NCBI GenBank assembly: GCA_000320545.1
Contig: ADNK01002660.1
Location: 15,502-79,501 of the forward strand
Direction: 5' to 3'
DNA: 64,000 nt
From: Bigelowiella natans CCMP2755
Taxonomy: Eukaryota; Protista; Cercozoa
The position numbers and the translations under genes are program-made. Shown piece by piece: positions 53,831-64,000 of the stretch. The number at the start of each line of letters is the position of its first letter. Position 1 is the first letter of the stretch. The notes under the pieces were generated by a model. It was given only the letters and a program-made list of their open reading frames with translations. It did no database searches and was not told the origin of the DNA.

Positions 53831-54441
53831 GAAATAGAAGTTTATATCTAAATTAGTATCTAGCGTGTGTGCTGCGCTTGGTGGGAGTGACGTCTGCTTT
53901 AGTTATGTTTCTGCAAGTGATAGGCTATACAGCATCATCATCATCACCACCACCACTGCCATCATCAAACTATTCCTCCTCCTCATAATGTAATTGATGG
54001 CAAGGCACCCGTCGAGGAGGTTGTGGCAGAGAAAGATATGAAGAAGAATCCGATGCTGGAATTTACTTTAAAATTCGCTCATAAGCACAAGGTCTTTCCC
54101 AAAGCATGGAAGCGATTAACTCCCTGTTTTCCACAGGACAACATTATATATAAGAGAATATTATTTACGAGTGTACGTGTCGTTTACACCGTCAGGATAT
54201 GACTCTACGCGCCGAGTCCTTGCCGGATTTTAAGAGGTTTGCGACTTCAGACATGTGCCTTACACACTCGCTCACATTTTCCCCCATTCTCGTCACACAT
54301 CATGTGCAAATAATTGTACGTGCAACTTCCCTCAATTTACAATTCGGATAAATATGCAGAGCCGTGGCATATTTGGAGAAGCTTAAAGAAGAGCTAGACC
54401 GGCAGAAAACAAAGTTGGATTTATCCTCCACAGCAAATTAA
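41223..54441 (+). CDS. Large, highly fragmented ankyrin-repeat protein (the part after ~51.6 kb may be a separate gene)
   Basis: Ankyrin exons DECGRTVMHWAGANN (~44340-44420), ACTPLHYATAGGYLKCIQ (~44987-45043), ADINVRDTNGATPLHWACQRGRLHI (~45310-45402), VKFLLDKDAQGDIVDNFG (~45529-45580) and ATPLLCSFAKGHIEVL (~45820-45900). First exon MEVKADD...EM|GTAAG; last exon ...KLDLSSTAN*. Confidence 0.6.
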
Positions 54442-54639
54442 TACAGATATAGCGGGCGAGCAATCGGATACAGACATGAATGTAAAATACGGAGCCATAT
54501 CACTATAAATTAAATTTCTGAGTTGCAAGCCCTTCTAGCCTTGTACATGCATCTGCACCTGTACATCTGAGGCCCGCTCTAATTATTCTAGCGCTGTGTG
54601 CGATGCGACAATCAATGTATTTACTTATCATCAAAATTT

Positions 54640-55440
54640 AGGCGTTATGGGCGCTTCTTATGCTAGCAAGTGTGCACTCTAGACACTGCTAGACTGACAT
54701 GTGCATGTACGCGTAGGTCAAACTTGCCATTGATCATCCCTGCATTGTGACGACTCCCTGCTGCACAACACAATAGTGCAGATGATGATCGACTCGTTGT
54801 TATACGCTGCGCCATGCTAGCATGCGTGAGCGATTACGTCATGAATGAATTAACACCGATCACATCGTCTAGACACGCACGATGCGCAGGCATTGATGAT
54901 AGACAAAGTCATGTGCACAAACTAGCAAAGTGTACTAGTACGTGTGGCTCGCAGTGCAGCATGCATGTGGTACGTAGCAGCGAATAAGCAAAGCTACAAA
55001 AGAAATTTGTGCTTGCAATGTGCTCGTCATGCCAGACCATCTAGCATGGCTAGCTGGTCTAGTAATAGCAGATGCGACAGAATGAACCTGCGCTTCAACA
55101 TGGCGCACATGCAGCAAGAAGATGATCATCACATCATTTGAGGCGCGCTTTTTAGCGTGTAAGCGCCGGACAAAGCACCAGACTTGAGCATGCAAGCATC
55201 AGCGCGCGTGCATGCACATGCATGACAGCATGCTAGCATGTAGCAGACATCCACAGCTAACTGTAGCTAGCTAGCTAGAACAGACGCACATGTGGCTTCA
55301 TTGCAAATTGTTTTGTGGAGAAATTTGCACGCTGCTGCATTGTGCTAGTCACATTGCAGCAGAGCTGTAGCTGAGTGACGAGCTGTGGTTCCCGTTGCAA
55401 GTTGTTGCGCGCATTATTGTGCTCGCATCGCATGGATGGG
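54640..55440. repeat. CTAG/CATG/TGCA-rich intergenic block between convergent genes
   Basis: Dense GCTAGC, GCATGC and TGCA words with partial TpA depletion. Confidence 0.7.
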
Positions 55441-55582
55441 AAAGCATGATTGATTACAGCATCAGGTTCACATTGAAATGATTGAATCCAATGGGTATGT
55501 GCAGAAAGTACCAATTTCACTACTTGGATCATTCATCCAAACACAATTTGCAAACACTGTAGTCTCGAAGCCGCCCAACAAT

Positions 55583-57328
55583 CTAGGAGCTGCTGCTATC
55601 ATCGCTACTGCTATCTCCACTGCTGCTGCTGCTACTACTACTGCTTCCACTGTCACTATCATCATCACTGCCGCTACTACTACCATCATTGTCATCCTTT
55701 CCTTTTTTCTTATCTTTTTTAATCTTTTCCTTTCCCTTGCTTTTATTCTTTTTTTTGGCATTATTATCAGCCTTATCATTATCTTCATCATCACCAGCCT
55801 TAGACTTCTTGTTTTTCTTCTTGCCACTTTCCTCTTCTGCTTCGACGTCATCTCGCTTTCTTTTTTCTCTGCTAGTTTTTAAAGTTTTCTTCCTATCCCC
55901 TTCTTCCTCAGCTTTCTTCTTATCATCTGTCTTATTTGTTTTACTAGGTGGTTCGTTCTCGTCATCCTTCGCCGCTGCTCCTCCCCTTTCCTTAGTATTA
56001 TTGTCCTCCACATCGGCAGATGACTTTTTCTTAGTTCTTTTTACAATTTTCTTATCATCATTATCATCATCGTCATCATTCCCCCCGCTCTTTTTCCTCT
56101 TTTTCTTCTTCGATGGTGCCTGGCTCTCCTGGTCGCTATCATCGCTACTGCTGCTACTGCTGGAATCTTCATCACTATCACTACTACTACTACTACTACT
56201 GCTGCTGCTTTCCGACGAAGATGACGAATCACTATCATCATCAGATGATGAAGAGGAGGAATCAGAATCGTCAGAGGATGAGCTGCTGGTAGATAGATGG
56301 TAGCAAAACAAAACAAATTGCATCTTAGATGAGGAAAATTTTAGATTTACAATGTGATATAAATGTTATATATATGAGCAACATGCGTGTGGGCATGTAT
56401 GAGTGGTGCTTGTGACTGTGAGCCCTGATTAGTCCTATGGTCAACACGAAGATAAGTCGAAATAGGGTGGAGAAGGCTCTACTGCTATCTCCCAATGATT
56501 CGGCTTGCATCACCCACGGGGAAAGAGCGAAGACAATTTGACACATTGGTGGTGATGAAATTTAAACGAGGTACTACTACTCGGTATGCTTTCCATGATC
56601 AATGCTTCCTCATGGTAAAATAGTAGCTATTATTTGTACCTATCACTCTCATCGTCGGAATCGCTGCTATCAGAGGATGACGAGTCGTCGTCGCTGCTAT
56701 CTTTGTTCTTCCCAGCTTTTGATCTGAATAGTGGTGGGAGATTCCAGGACAGAAGTCAGAGAATCAATGTTTGAAAGAGAGGGGGAAACAAGAGCGGGAG
56801 GAGAGATGAGAGTGCAACGGCAACGACGCGCTCTGTCAACGACTTACTTCTTTTTCTTGCTTGCCTTGCTTTTCTTTTTCTCATATTTCTTCCATCGTTT
56901 CATAGCTTCTTCACGCTTGATTAAATCTGGCGGTTTCTCGGTGTTGGTTGGCCGAAGGTCTGGGTTCTTCAGAATCTTTGAGCGTGAGACCCGCCGTTGG
57001 TAGATCTGATCATTCAACAAAAGCCATTACTTTAAAAGTAGAGACGGCTGTGCGTCTTACGATGTAACAATGATCCAGGACTTAAACTTATTTCTCATTG
57101 CCTGCGCTAGTGCTGAATACCTGTTTTGTAGACTTGCACTCGTACGTCCAGTGACCCAATTGCAAGCATTTTTGACACTGCATACCGCCTTTCCTGTTTG
57201 CATAATTTTATTTTAAGTTCAAATTCAACTAACCAGCTTGGTTATAGTAAAAATATCGTGCGAAGGATTATTTGCTACCCTCGCATACGCTTCCGCTGAA
57301 GCACACTCATCGGAGCCCCTCGACGCAT
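55583..57328 (-). CDS. ZCCHC10-like zinc-knuckle protein with a Ser/Asp/Lys-rich tail
   Basis: Spliced MRRGAPMSVLQRKRMRGKGGMQCQKCLQLGHWTYECKSTKQ-IYQRRVSRSKILKNP (zf-CCHC_3 type), followed by poly-S/D and Lys-rich exons. Confidence 0.85.
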
Positions 57329-57936
57329 GTTGGATTTCTCTCCTGGTTGTTGCGACAAATTTTTCGTTAGTTCATGCTGTTTGCACTCGGAACAAGGACG
57401 CCCAAAATTCATATTCTAAGGATGAAACCATCAAATATATACGTGACATTCGTTTTCATGATTCAAGTAGTCCTTATGTTGCGTGTTTTTCCTCGGGAGG
57501 CGATGCCGCCATTCCTTACCGTAGAACTTTCCAGATTTGGTGAAGCTGATGTATCTTGATAATTATACTATTTTAATCTTACGACATGGGATCTTGAAAC
57601 CATACAATATGTAAATCCTCCTTTTCTACTGATTCGAAATTGAGCACGGGCCGTCATTGGGCTGAGACACAAAGCGAAGTTTAATATTTCATAGATATTT
57701 ATTAATCGGCTGCGACTGGGTTATGACGGTTGCATAAAATGAAGGAGAATCCTTGCATGCGATATGGTTTTTTGACTCCGGAAATGGACACTGGTCCTGA
57801 ATTAAATTAATTGCGGCTTATAGTTATTCATGTCGTTTCTACAAATTAGCCGAATTTAGAGGAGAAATTTGCATAGGATTAATAATTTGGCCGGCGAATA
57901 GACTAAAATTCTCCGATTCACAGTGCGAGGAGAAAA

Positions 57937-59035
57937 ATGGCGAAGGACAGGAAGGGTGTGTAAACCTACAAGCTCTGCATTTTTTGGGGGGATAGGGAGT
58001 GGGGGAAGCGTAGAGAGGGGACAAGGGAACTAGTAGGGATACTTCATCATGTAAGAAGGTTGTTGATTTCTAAACCAAATTGGAGAACATTGGGAGGAAA
58101 AACTAGTTAAAATGCGAATGTCGAATCAGTTCATCGTACAGTTTGGGTTGGGAGAGAGAGGAAAGAGTGGAGTAAAATTAAACATGCTTGCCACATATAC
58201 CATGCACTAAATATGCCATCTTCTTGTAGTGTTGATAATATCGTATCTCGACTAAAATTGTATATGATGTGTTCGATATACATCAGACAACTCGAAAAAG
58301 GCCGTTTCCAAGGCCAAGACGGCCTCCAAGGCTATGAAGAAAGGCAAGCTTACGAAGAAAGGAACTAAGATTCGCACCAGCGTGCACTTCAAGCTTCCAA
58401 AGACCCTCAAACTTATGCGTAATCCTAAGTACTCGAAGCGCGCTCTCAACCGCAAGACACGTCTGGATAAGTTCACGATCGTTAAATACCCTCTGTGCAC
58501 AGAGAGCGCAATGAAGCAGATCGAGGATAACAACACTCTCACCTTCATTGTGGATATTAATTCTAACAAGCACCAGATTAAGAAGGCTGTCTCAGACCTC
58601 TACAAAATTGAAACGGTGAAGATCAACACGCTCATTAGGTAATTGGTCATTCTGAAGGATTTATTCACTTACAGATTATAGTCGTAGAGAATTTCGGTAG
58701 AAGAGATGATGGACACTTTTTTTTGGGACACTTTTTTTTGGGACATTTTTGACACGTACACCGTCACCTTAAGGAGTAGGAGGCGAATAGAAAGATAGAG
58801 CGATAGAGCGATAGGTTTAAGGAGCGGGAACCTGTGTTGCTCAGCAGCCTCATTGGTGTACAAAATTGTTGTAATCCTCATCCTGAATAGAGGGATGAAG
58901 ATAAATTTGCGCTGAATACAAGTTTAATTATTCACAACTACTATATTTAGGCCTGACGGTAAGAAGAAGGCATATGTTCGTCTTCCTGAAAATAGGGAAG
59001 CTCTCGAAATCGCTAACACAATTGGAATTATCTAA
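57937..59035 (+). CDS. RPL23A: 60S ribosomal protein uL23 (L23a); exons 57937-57955, 58287-58638, 58951-59035
   Basis: [52 protein letters not shown]|[11 protein letters not shown]...ANTIGII*. Introns are GT-AG and in phase. Confidence 0.98.
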
Positions 59036-59199
59036 ATGATGAAAGAGATTTGTAGTAGTGCGACTATTAATGCAAGATTCAACTGTAAAGGCTACACAGC
59101 ACATTGTCGTAATAATGGTGTGATGCGTCGCTGATAACGTTAATTTGGCAAGAATTCTGACTTTGATGATTTAGACCGAGAGTGCTAAAATGGGTGCCA

Positions 59200-59960
59200 C
59201 GCACTTCAGCCTTTCATGTACCTGGTGTGTGCGTGACCGCTTGCATATAGCACGAACCGCCAGCCGGGCCATCATTGCCGACAGCTGCTCATTGCATTGC
59301 ATCATTACCTTTCGAGCGCATTTCGATCAGTGTGGTGTGTTGTGTTGCGCTGTCTAGCTGTGTCGTCAATTCCCATTATGTTGATGCTGCATGCTGTCAT
59401 TGTCGGATCGATATTGATGCGTGCTAGCGTGGGCTATACTAGCTAGATGTGTCGACAGTTCTGGAGTTGATGATGATCGATGCCGGAGCATGTACGTACG
59501 TACGTAGCACTGCATGTCTAGATGTGTGCGCATGGCTGCGTGTGACTGCTAGCCATGCATGTGCAGACTGATTATGTGCTACGTGTCATGCGACGTGCTG
59601 TGCGCAAGCTAGCCTGCAGTCCTGCAGTGGCATGCAATAGCACATGCAGCGTGCAATTCCATACGCGCTAGCCATCTAGCCATGCTAGCTAGCATGCTGT
59701 TAGCCAGTGCGTTGGCACAACTACTGGACTGCAGTGCACCAGTGCAGCTGTTTGATGTGCTCACTCCAGCACTCTCACGCGCATGCTAGCATCTGAGCAT
59801 GGCGGCTAGCTAGCTAGATGGTGCAGCACACGCATGTACACACATGCACATGTGCCATGATGTGGCTCGTCATGCATGCATGCGCAACATGATCAACAAC
59901 ATCTAGCTTGCTAGGTGTCATGCTGGTGCTCATCAGTCGTGCTAGCGTGATGGCGGGCAT
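59200..59960. repeat. CTAG/CATG/TGCA-rich intergenic block downstream of RPL23A
   Basis: 59725-59959 has 7 CTAG and one other TA (GTAC) by eye. Confidence 0.75.
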
Positions 59961-60379
59961 ACCAATAATTTACACATTTTGCTACATTTAAATAATCTTT
60001 TGCCTACTTGATGAAAAATTTCACTTGAATTTACAATGTTTGAAGGCTTCGCTGGTCAAAATAAATACTTGGGCCTGCTTCAAAGCCAGGAAATCAACCA
60101 TCTAAAGGTATGATTGATGCCAGGCCTGATGTCATGTGATTATCACCAACTACTTTCATTCTGTGCGGGAGGCTTGGCCACGGAACTGCGGTAACATTAA
60201 TACAACATGGCCGTTGACCAAAAAACCATGTCAGATTTCACAACAATAACACTCACGATGAACCGCGTCTGATTATCCAGACGACACTGCACCCCCCCAC
60301 GTTTTCGTAGAAAAAAATGTGTTTGGTTTGCGTCGTTGTTTTGCCGACATAAGAATTCGTTAGATTAGCGAACATACAT

Positions 60380-60739
60380 GCGTCCTGCCCCCTCTTCGCA
60401 GCAACTATATCAGAAGAATGCGCCTTTTGAAGAACAGTCTTTCGGTCTTCGGCAGCAACATTCTGTGCCGGAAGTTGGGGGCATGACTTGAGAGGCAGCT
60501 TTGCCCAAGAAGGTAATTGCGAATTCTGGTAGCGATGAGGAGGAGGAGGGGGGGGAAGAGGAGGAGGAGAACACGCACATAATCAACTACTGCGCATGCA
60601 TAATAGGAGTGCATTTCATTTTACCACGGTGGTTCTCCATCAATATGACTACTACCCGTACTTCTTCCTACACTGATATTATTACCCCTTGGCTTTTGAT
60701 GTTGTCGAACGTTTTGCTATGCCGAAGCGAATGGCCTGA

Positions 60740-60771
<32 letters not shown>

Positions 60772-61339
60772 GCACACCATTAAGTACAGAGTACGCACAG
60801 AAAATATGCCTAGGGTTTATTCGATGGCGAAACACTCATAGCACATAGAACGCGAAGTTGCTTGACACCGTAAAACCACGCTACCTGACTTAAGCTTCGG
60901 CAGCCGCATGTTCCTTCTGTGGTAGCAGGGGTGAGGGGGAGGGAGGGCAAGAAGGTAACAAGTAAAGGTGGGAACGAGGAGGAGGGGGAAAAGAAGAAGA
61001 AAAGCAAAAGAAAAGAGCGAACGGCGGGAAACGACGTAACGGAGAGCTTTTATATAATACAGTAAGGTTTGTTTGAGAAATGAAATATTGATTATATTGA
61101 TTCAGATACATGCATGCTTTTAAAAAGACTTAAAATCCAAGAGCTAGTAAAAGCAAAGGAGGCGTTTAATTGTGTCCCTCCTCCTCCTAGAGTAGCTGCT
61201 GCTGCTGCTGGTGCTTACTTTTTGTACAATACTGGTAGAGGGCCATCCTTCGGCAGCATTCTTTCTCCCATACTACTCCCTCCATATTTAAGAAACTTTC
61301 TTGCATTTTTAAATCTTCCTAGAGGCTTCTTCCCTGATG

Positions 61340-61402
<63 letters not shown>

Positions 61403-61975
61403 CGCAGGCAACCAACCAACCAACCATATGATGTTATTTGAGAGCTATTGTTTTGTAACTTTGATCTCACCCCCCCCCATTATAGTGTTGTCGAACGTCT
61501 TGCTTTGCCGAAGCCGATGACCTGATATCGCACACACGCACACACGCACACACGCACACACGCACACACACACACACACACACACCATTAGCTTCAGAGT
61601 AAACACAGAAAACGTCTCCTTCCCATCAGCACAATCACAAACAGCATAAAGTAGCGATGAAGGAAATGACCGAGAAACGTCCCTGATTTCTTGACAAAAG
61701 GCTCTTCTACATCAACAAACTGCCTTGAGGAGGTCGGGCTGTTGCTAATTGGTGTTGATGCTGCTGCTGCTGCTTTCGGGTCTACTTCTTGATTGCCCCT
61801 TGCTGAGCTCAGTAGATGATAAGAGGAGCTCCTAGAGGAGGTGCGACTGTCCATCGAGTCTCCAACAGCAAGCTGCCATAGTGCAGTAATATATAAGAAC
61901 ACTTCCGAATCCAATTTTTACGGGGTGAGGAGTATGCGTGCCACGTGTATCATTATGTACAAACAGCATACAGCC

Positions 61976-62010
<35 letters not shown>

Positions 62011-62545
62011 TGTTGTAGTATCATCATCATCATCATCATAAAAATACCGAGGATAGCCCTGAGAATGATTGTAATTCCTGCACATGGAGGACATGATGAT
62101 TAGCGGAAGTAGAGGGGGGGGGGGAGGGAGGAAGAGGGGTCGAAGATGAAGACCAGAATAATAATGCCGAGATAGATGTTGATGATAGTGTGGCTAGAAA
62201 TCAATTCATACACACACGCGCACACGTATATACACATGGTGTTTCACGTGAAAAGCATTCTTCTTCTACTCATCCGTGCGACCTCTTTGCCACGCCTCTC
62301 CTCACGACTGGGGCCTTTTGCAGTGGAAAGCAACGGGTTCTTCGGTATGTTCGACTTGATGTCCCTTCCTGCCATGAAACGTCTGAATGAGGTCACATCG
62401 TAGCTTCTAGCCTTTCGAAGGATGCGCTGCTTTCGCATCGATATCTCGTTGGCCATCCCCCCCCCTCGCATGCCTCCAGGATCAGCTCGGCGCGAAAGGG
62501 GCATGTCGGAGATTGAGCGACCGTGGCGCCGCAGTGCTGTGAAAT

Positions 62546-62624
<79 letters not shown>

Positions 62625-62797
62625 AGAGGAATAGAAAGACAGCAGATGAGGGGGTGGTGATAGGTTAATAGGAGGATTGTGTGTCATTATTCTCCGCATC
62701 GATGTAAGGTGTGTGACACGTATTCATTAAGGGTGGGTTCTTTTTGTCGTCGTCTGTCTGCTGTTGCTAAGACCACCGTCCATACTCCCCTAGCGCC

Positions 62798-62830
<33 letters not shown>

Positions 62831-63002
62831 ACCCGTCGCTCCACGCTTAGGGTCGGCCAGCGAATTTGATTGATGGTTAATATGCAATTGTCTGAACGGG
62901 GGGGGGGGGGGGGAGAGGGTTGATGGAAAGGAGGGAAGAGGGGGAAGAGGACTTAACATTTTGCAGCAAATGATGTCTTCTCTCACTATCATATGCGGCC
63001 AT

Positions 63003-63042
<40 letters not shown>

Positions 63043-63248
63043 TCCATAGTCGCCATCGTGCATGCACACACAAATTGTATAGACTAGTAGAAAAGGAAGT
63101 GAAGGATGGGCATACGTCTTCTATTTATTATTGTCGTGTGCGTGTGTGTGTGTGCGCGCGTGTGCGTGCGTGTGCATTTAATAATGACAATTCGAACCTC
63201 ATCCGTGACGATACGTCATCGTGGCTATTTACTTTCTCAGAGGCTGTG

Positions 63249-63286
<38 letters not shown>

Positions 63287-63874
63287 AGAGAGAGAGAGGG
63301 AGAGAGGGAGAGAGGGAGAGAGAGAAAAGAGGAATAAACGAGTATGGCGAACAACTATGAAAAGAAAATACATCGTTTTGTTAAACTGGTTTTGTTGTAC
63401 TAATCCATTCGCATCTCTTCTTCTTCTTCTCTTGTGTAACTACTCATCGCAATTGGCCTTGATTACGACTACTACTACTAGTACTACTACTACTACATAA
63501 TACTACGACTATGTACGTTGTGGGAGCCCATCCCTGCCGAATACAAGCCTAGTAACAGCGTATGTAGTCGAGAGATGATTGTTTGCAAAGAAGAAAAAGG
63601 AGGAGGAGGAGGAGGAGGAGGAGGAGGAGGATGAGAAGGAGGGGAGGAAAAGGCTTAAAATCTACACTCATCATGCCCACGGGGAACCATAATTGTAAGA
63701 GGTATATATTAGTGGCAGTAAACTGATGATATAGTAGTTAAGTGTTTGCAGAAGGCATCATCATCATTATCAGTCCTCTTCACCCCTGTTCAGGCTCTTT
63801 TCCTTCTCCTTCTCCCAACGCTCCACCAGGATCGAAGGAGCGACTGCGTCCCATCTGATTTAAAATTATACGTC

Positions 63875-63900
<26 letters not shown>
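60380..63900 (-). CDS. Poorly resolved low-complexity multi-exon hypothetical gene, probably continuing past the window edge
   Basis: Open segments such as ALRRHGRSISDMPLSRR...RKARSYDV (62250-62538) and VGDSMDSRTSS...FVKKSG (61680-61868) lie between microsatellite introns. Confidence 0.35.
61339..61401 (+). repeat. (GACAAC)n hexamer tandem repeat, about 10 units
   Basis: Directly visible. Confidence 0.9.
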
Positions 63901-63918
<18 letters not shown>

Positions 63919-64000
63919 ATAGCAGCGATTATTAATCTATATTACTTTTATATCTTTGGAATTGTAGATGTGGTGTGTGTGTGTGTGTGTGTGTGTGTGT

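Noticed and set aside
55478-56303. Hydrophobic plus-strand ORFs (134 and 204 aa) and many YIYI/CVCV/LSLS ORFs across the window
   Set aside because: These are antisense shadows of low-complexity coding sequence or translations of microsatellites.
58639-58950. Possible snoRNA in RPL23A intron 2; GGACAC-T-tract repeat x3 and a CATCC/GGATG hairpin
   Set aside because: No properly spaced C/D or H/ACA boxes were found, and the repeat looks like simple slippage.
59036-59134. Box C (ATGATGA) ... box D (CTGA) right after the RPL23A stop
   Set aside because: It lies in the 3' UTR with no terminal stem or recognisable rRNA guide, so it is probably chance.

Overview
Eukaryotic nuclear DNA from an intron-rich protist (standard code, GT-AG introns). 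The style suggests a chlorarachniophyte or other rhizarian, but that is a low-confidence impression. I can support about 13 spliced or partly spliced genes: a small ZZ-like zinc finger/EF-hand protein, a PDZ/coiled-coil protein, an intronless bacterial-like beta-propeller protein, a tandem SET-domain protein, an unconventional myosin (IQ, CH, coiled coil, PH-like tail), a ~2,400-aa membrane-anchored MICAL-like FAD monooxygenase with two WW domains, a DHHC palmitoyltransferase, an ankyrin-repeat protein, a ZCCHC10-like zinc-knuckle protein, ribosomal protein uL23 (RPL23A), and three poorly resolved hypothetical genes. The most unusual signal is non-coding. Intergenic blocks downstream of gene 3' ends have lost almost all TpA dinucleotides except those inside CTAG, while CpG is kept and TG/CA words are in excess. 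This suggests an undescribed DNA-modification or RIP-like mutational process. One such block contains a ~325-bp island with many hairpins that keeps its TpA. Exon boundaries and dinucleotide counts were done by eye and are approximate. No rRNA, tRNA, CRISPR or transposase sequence was recognised.
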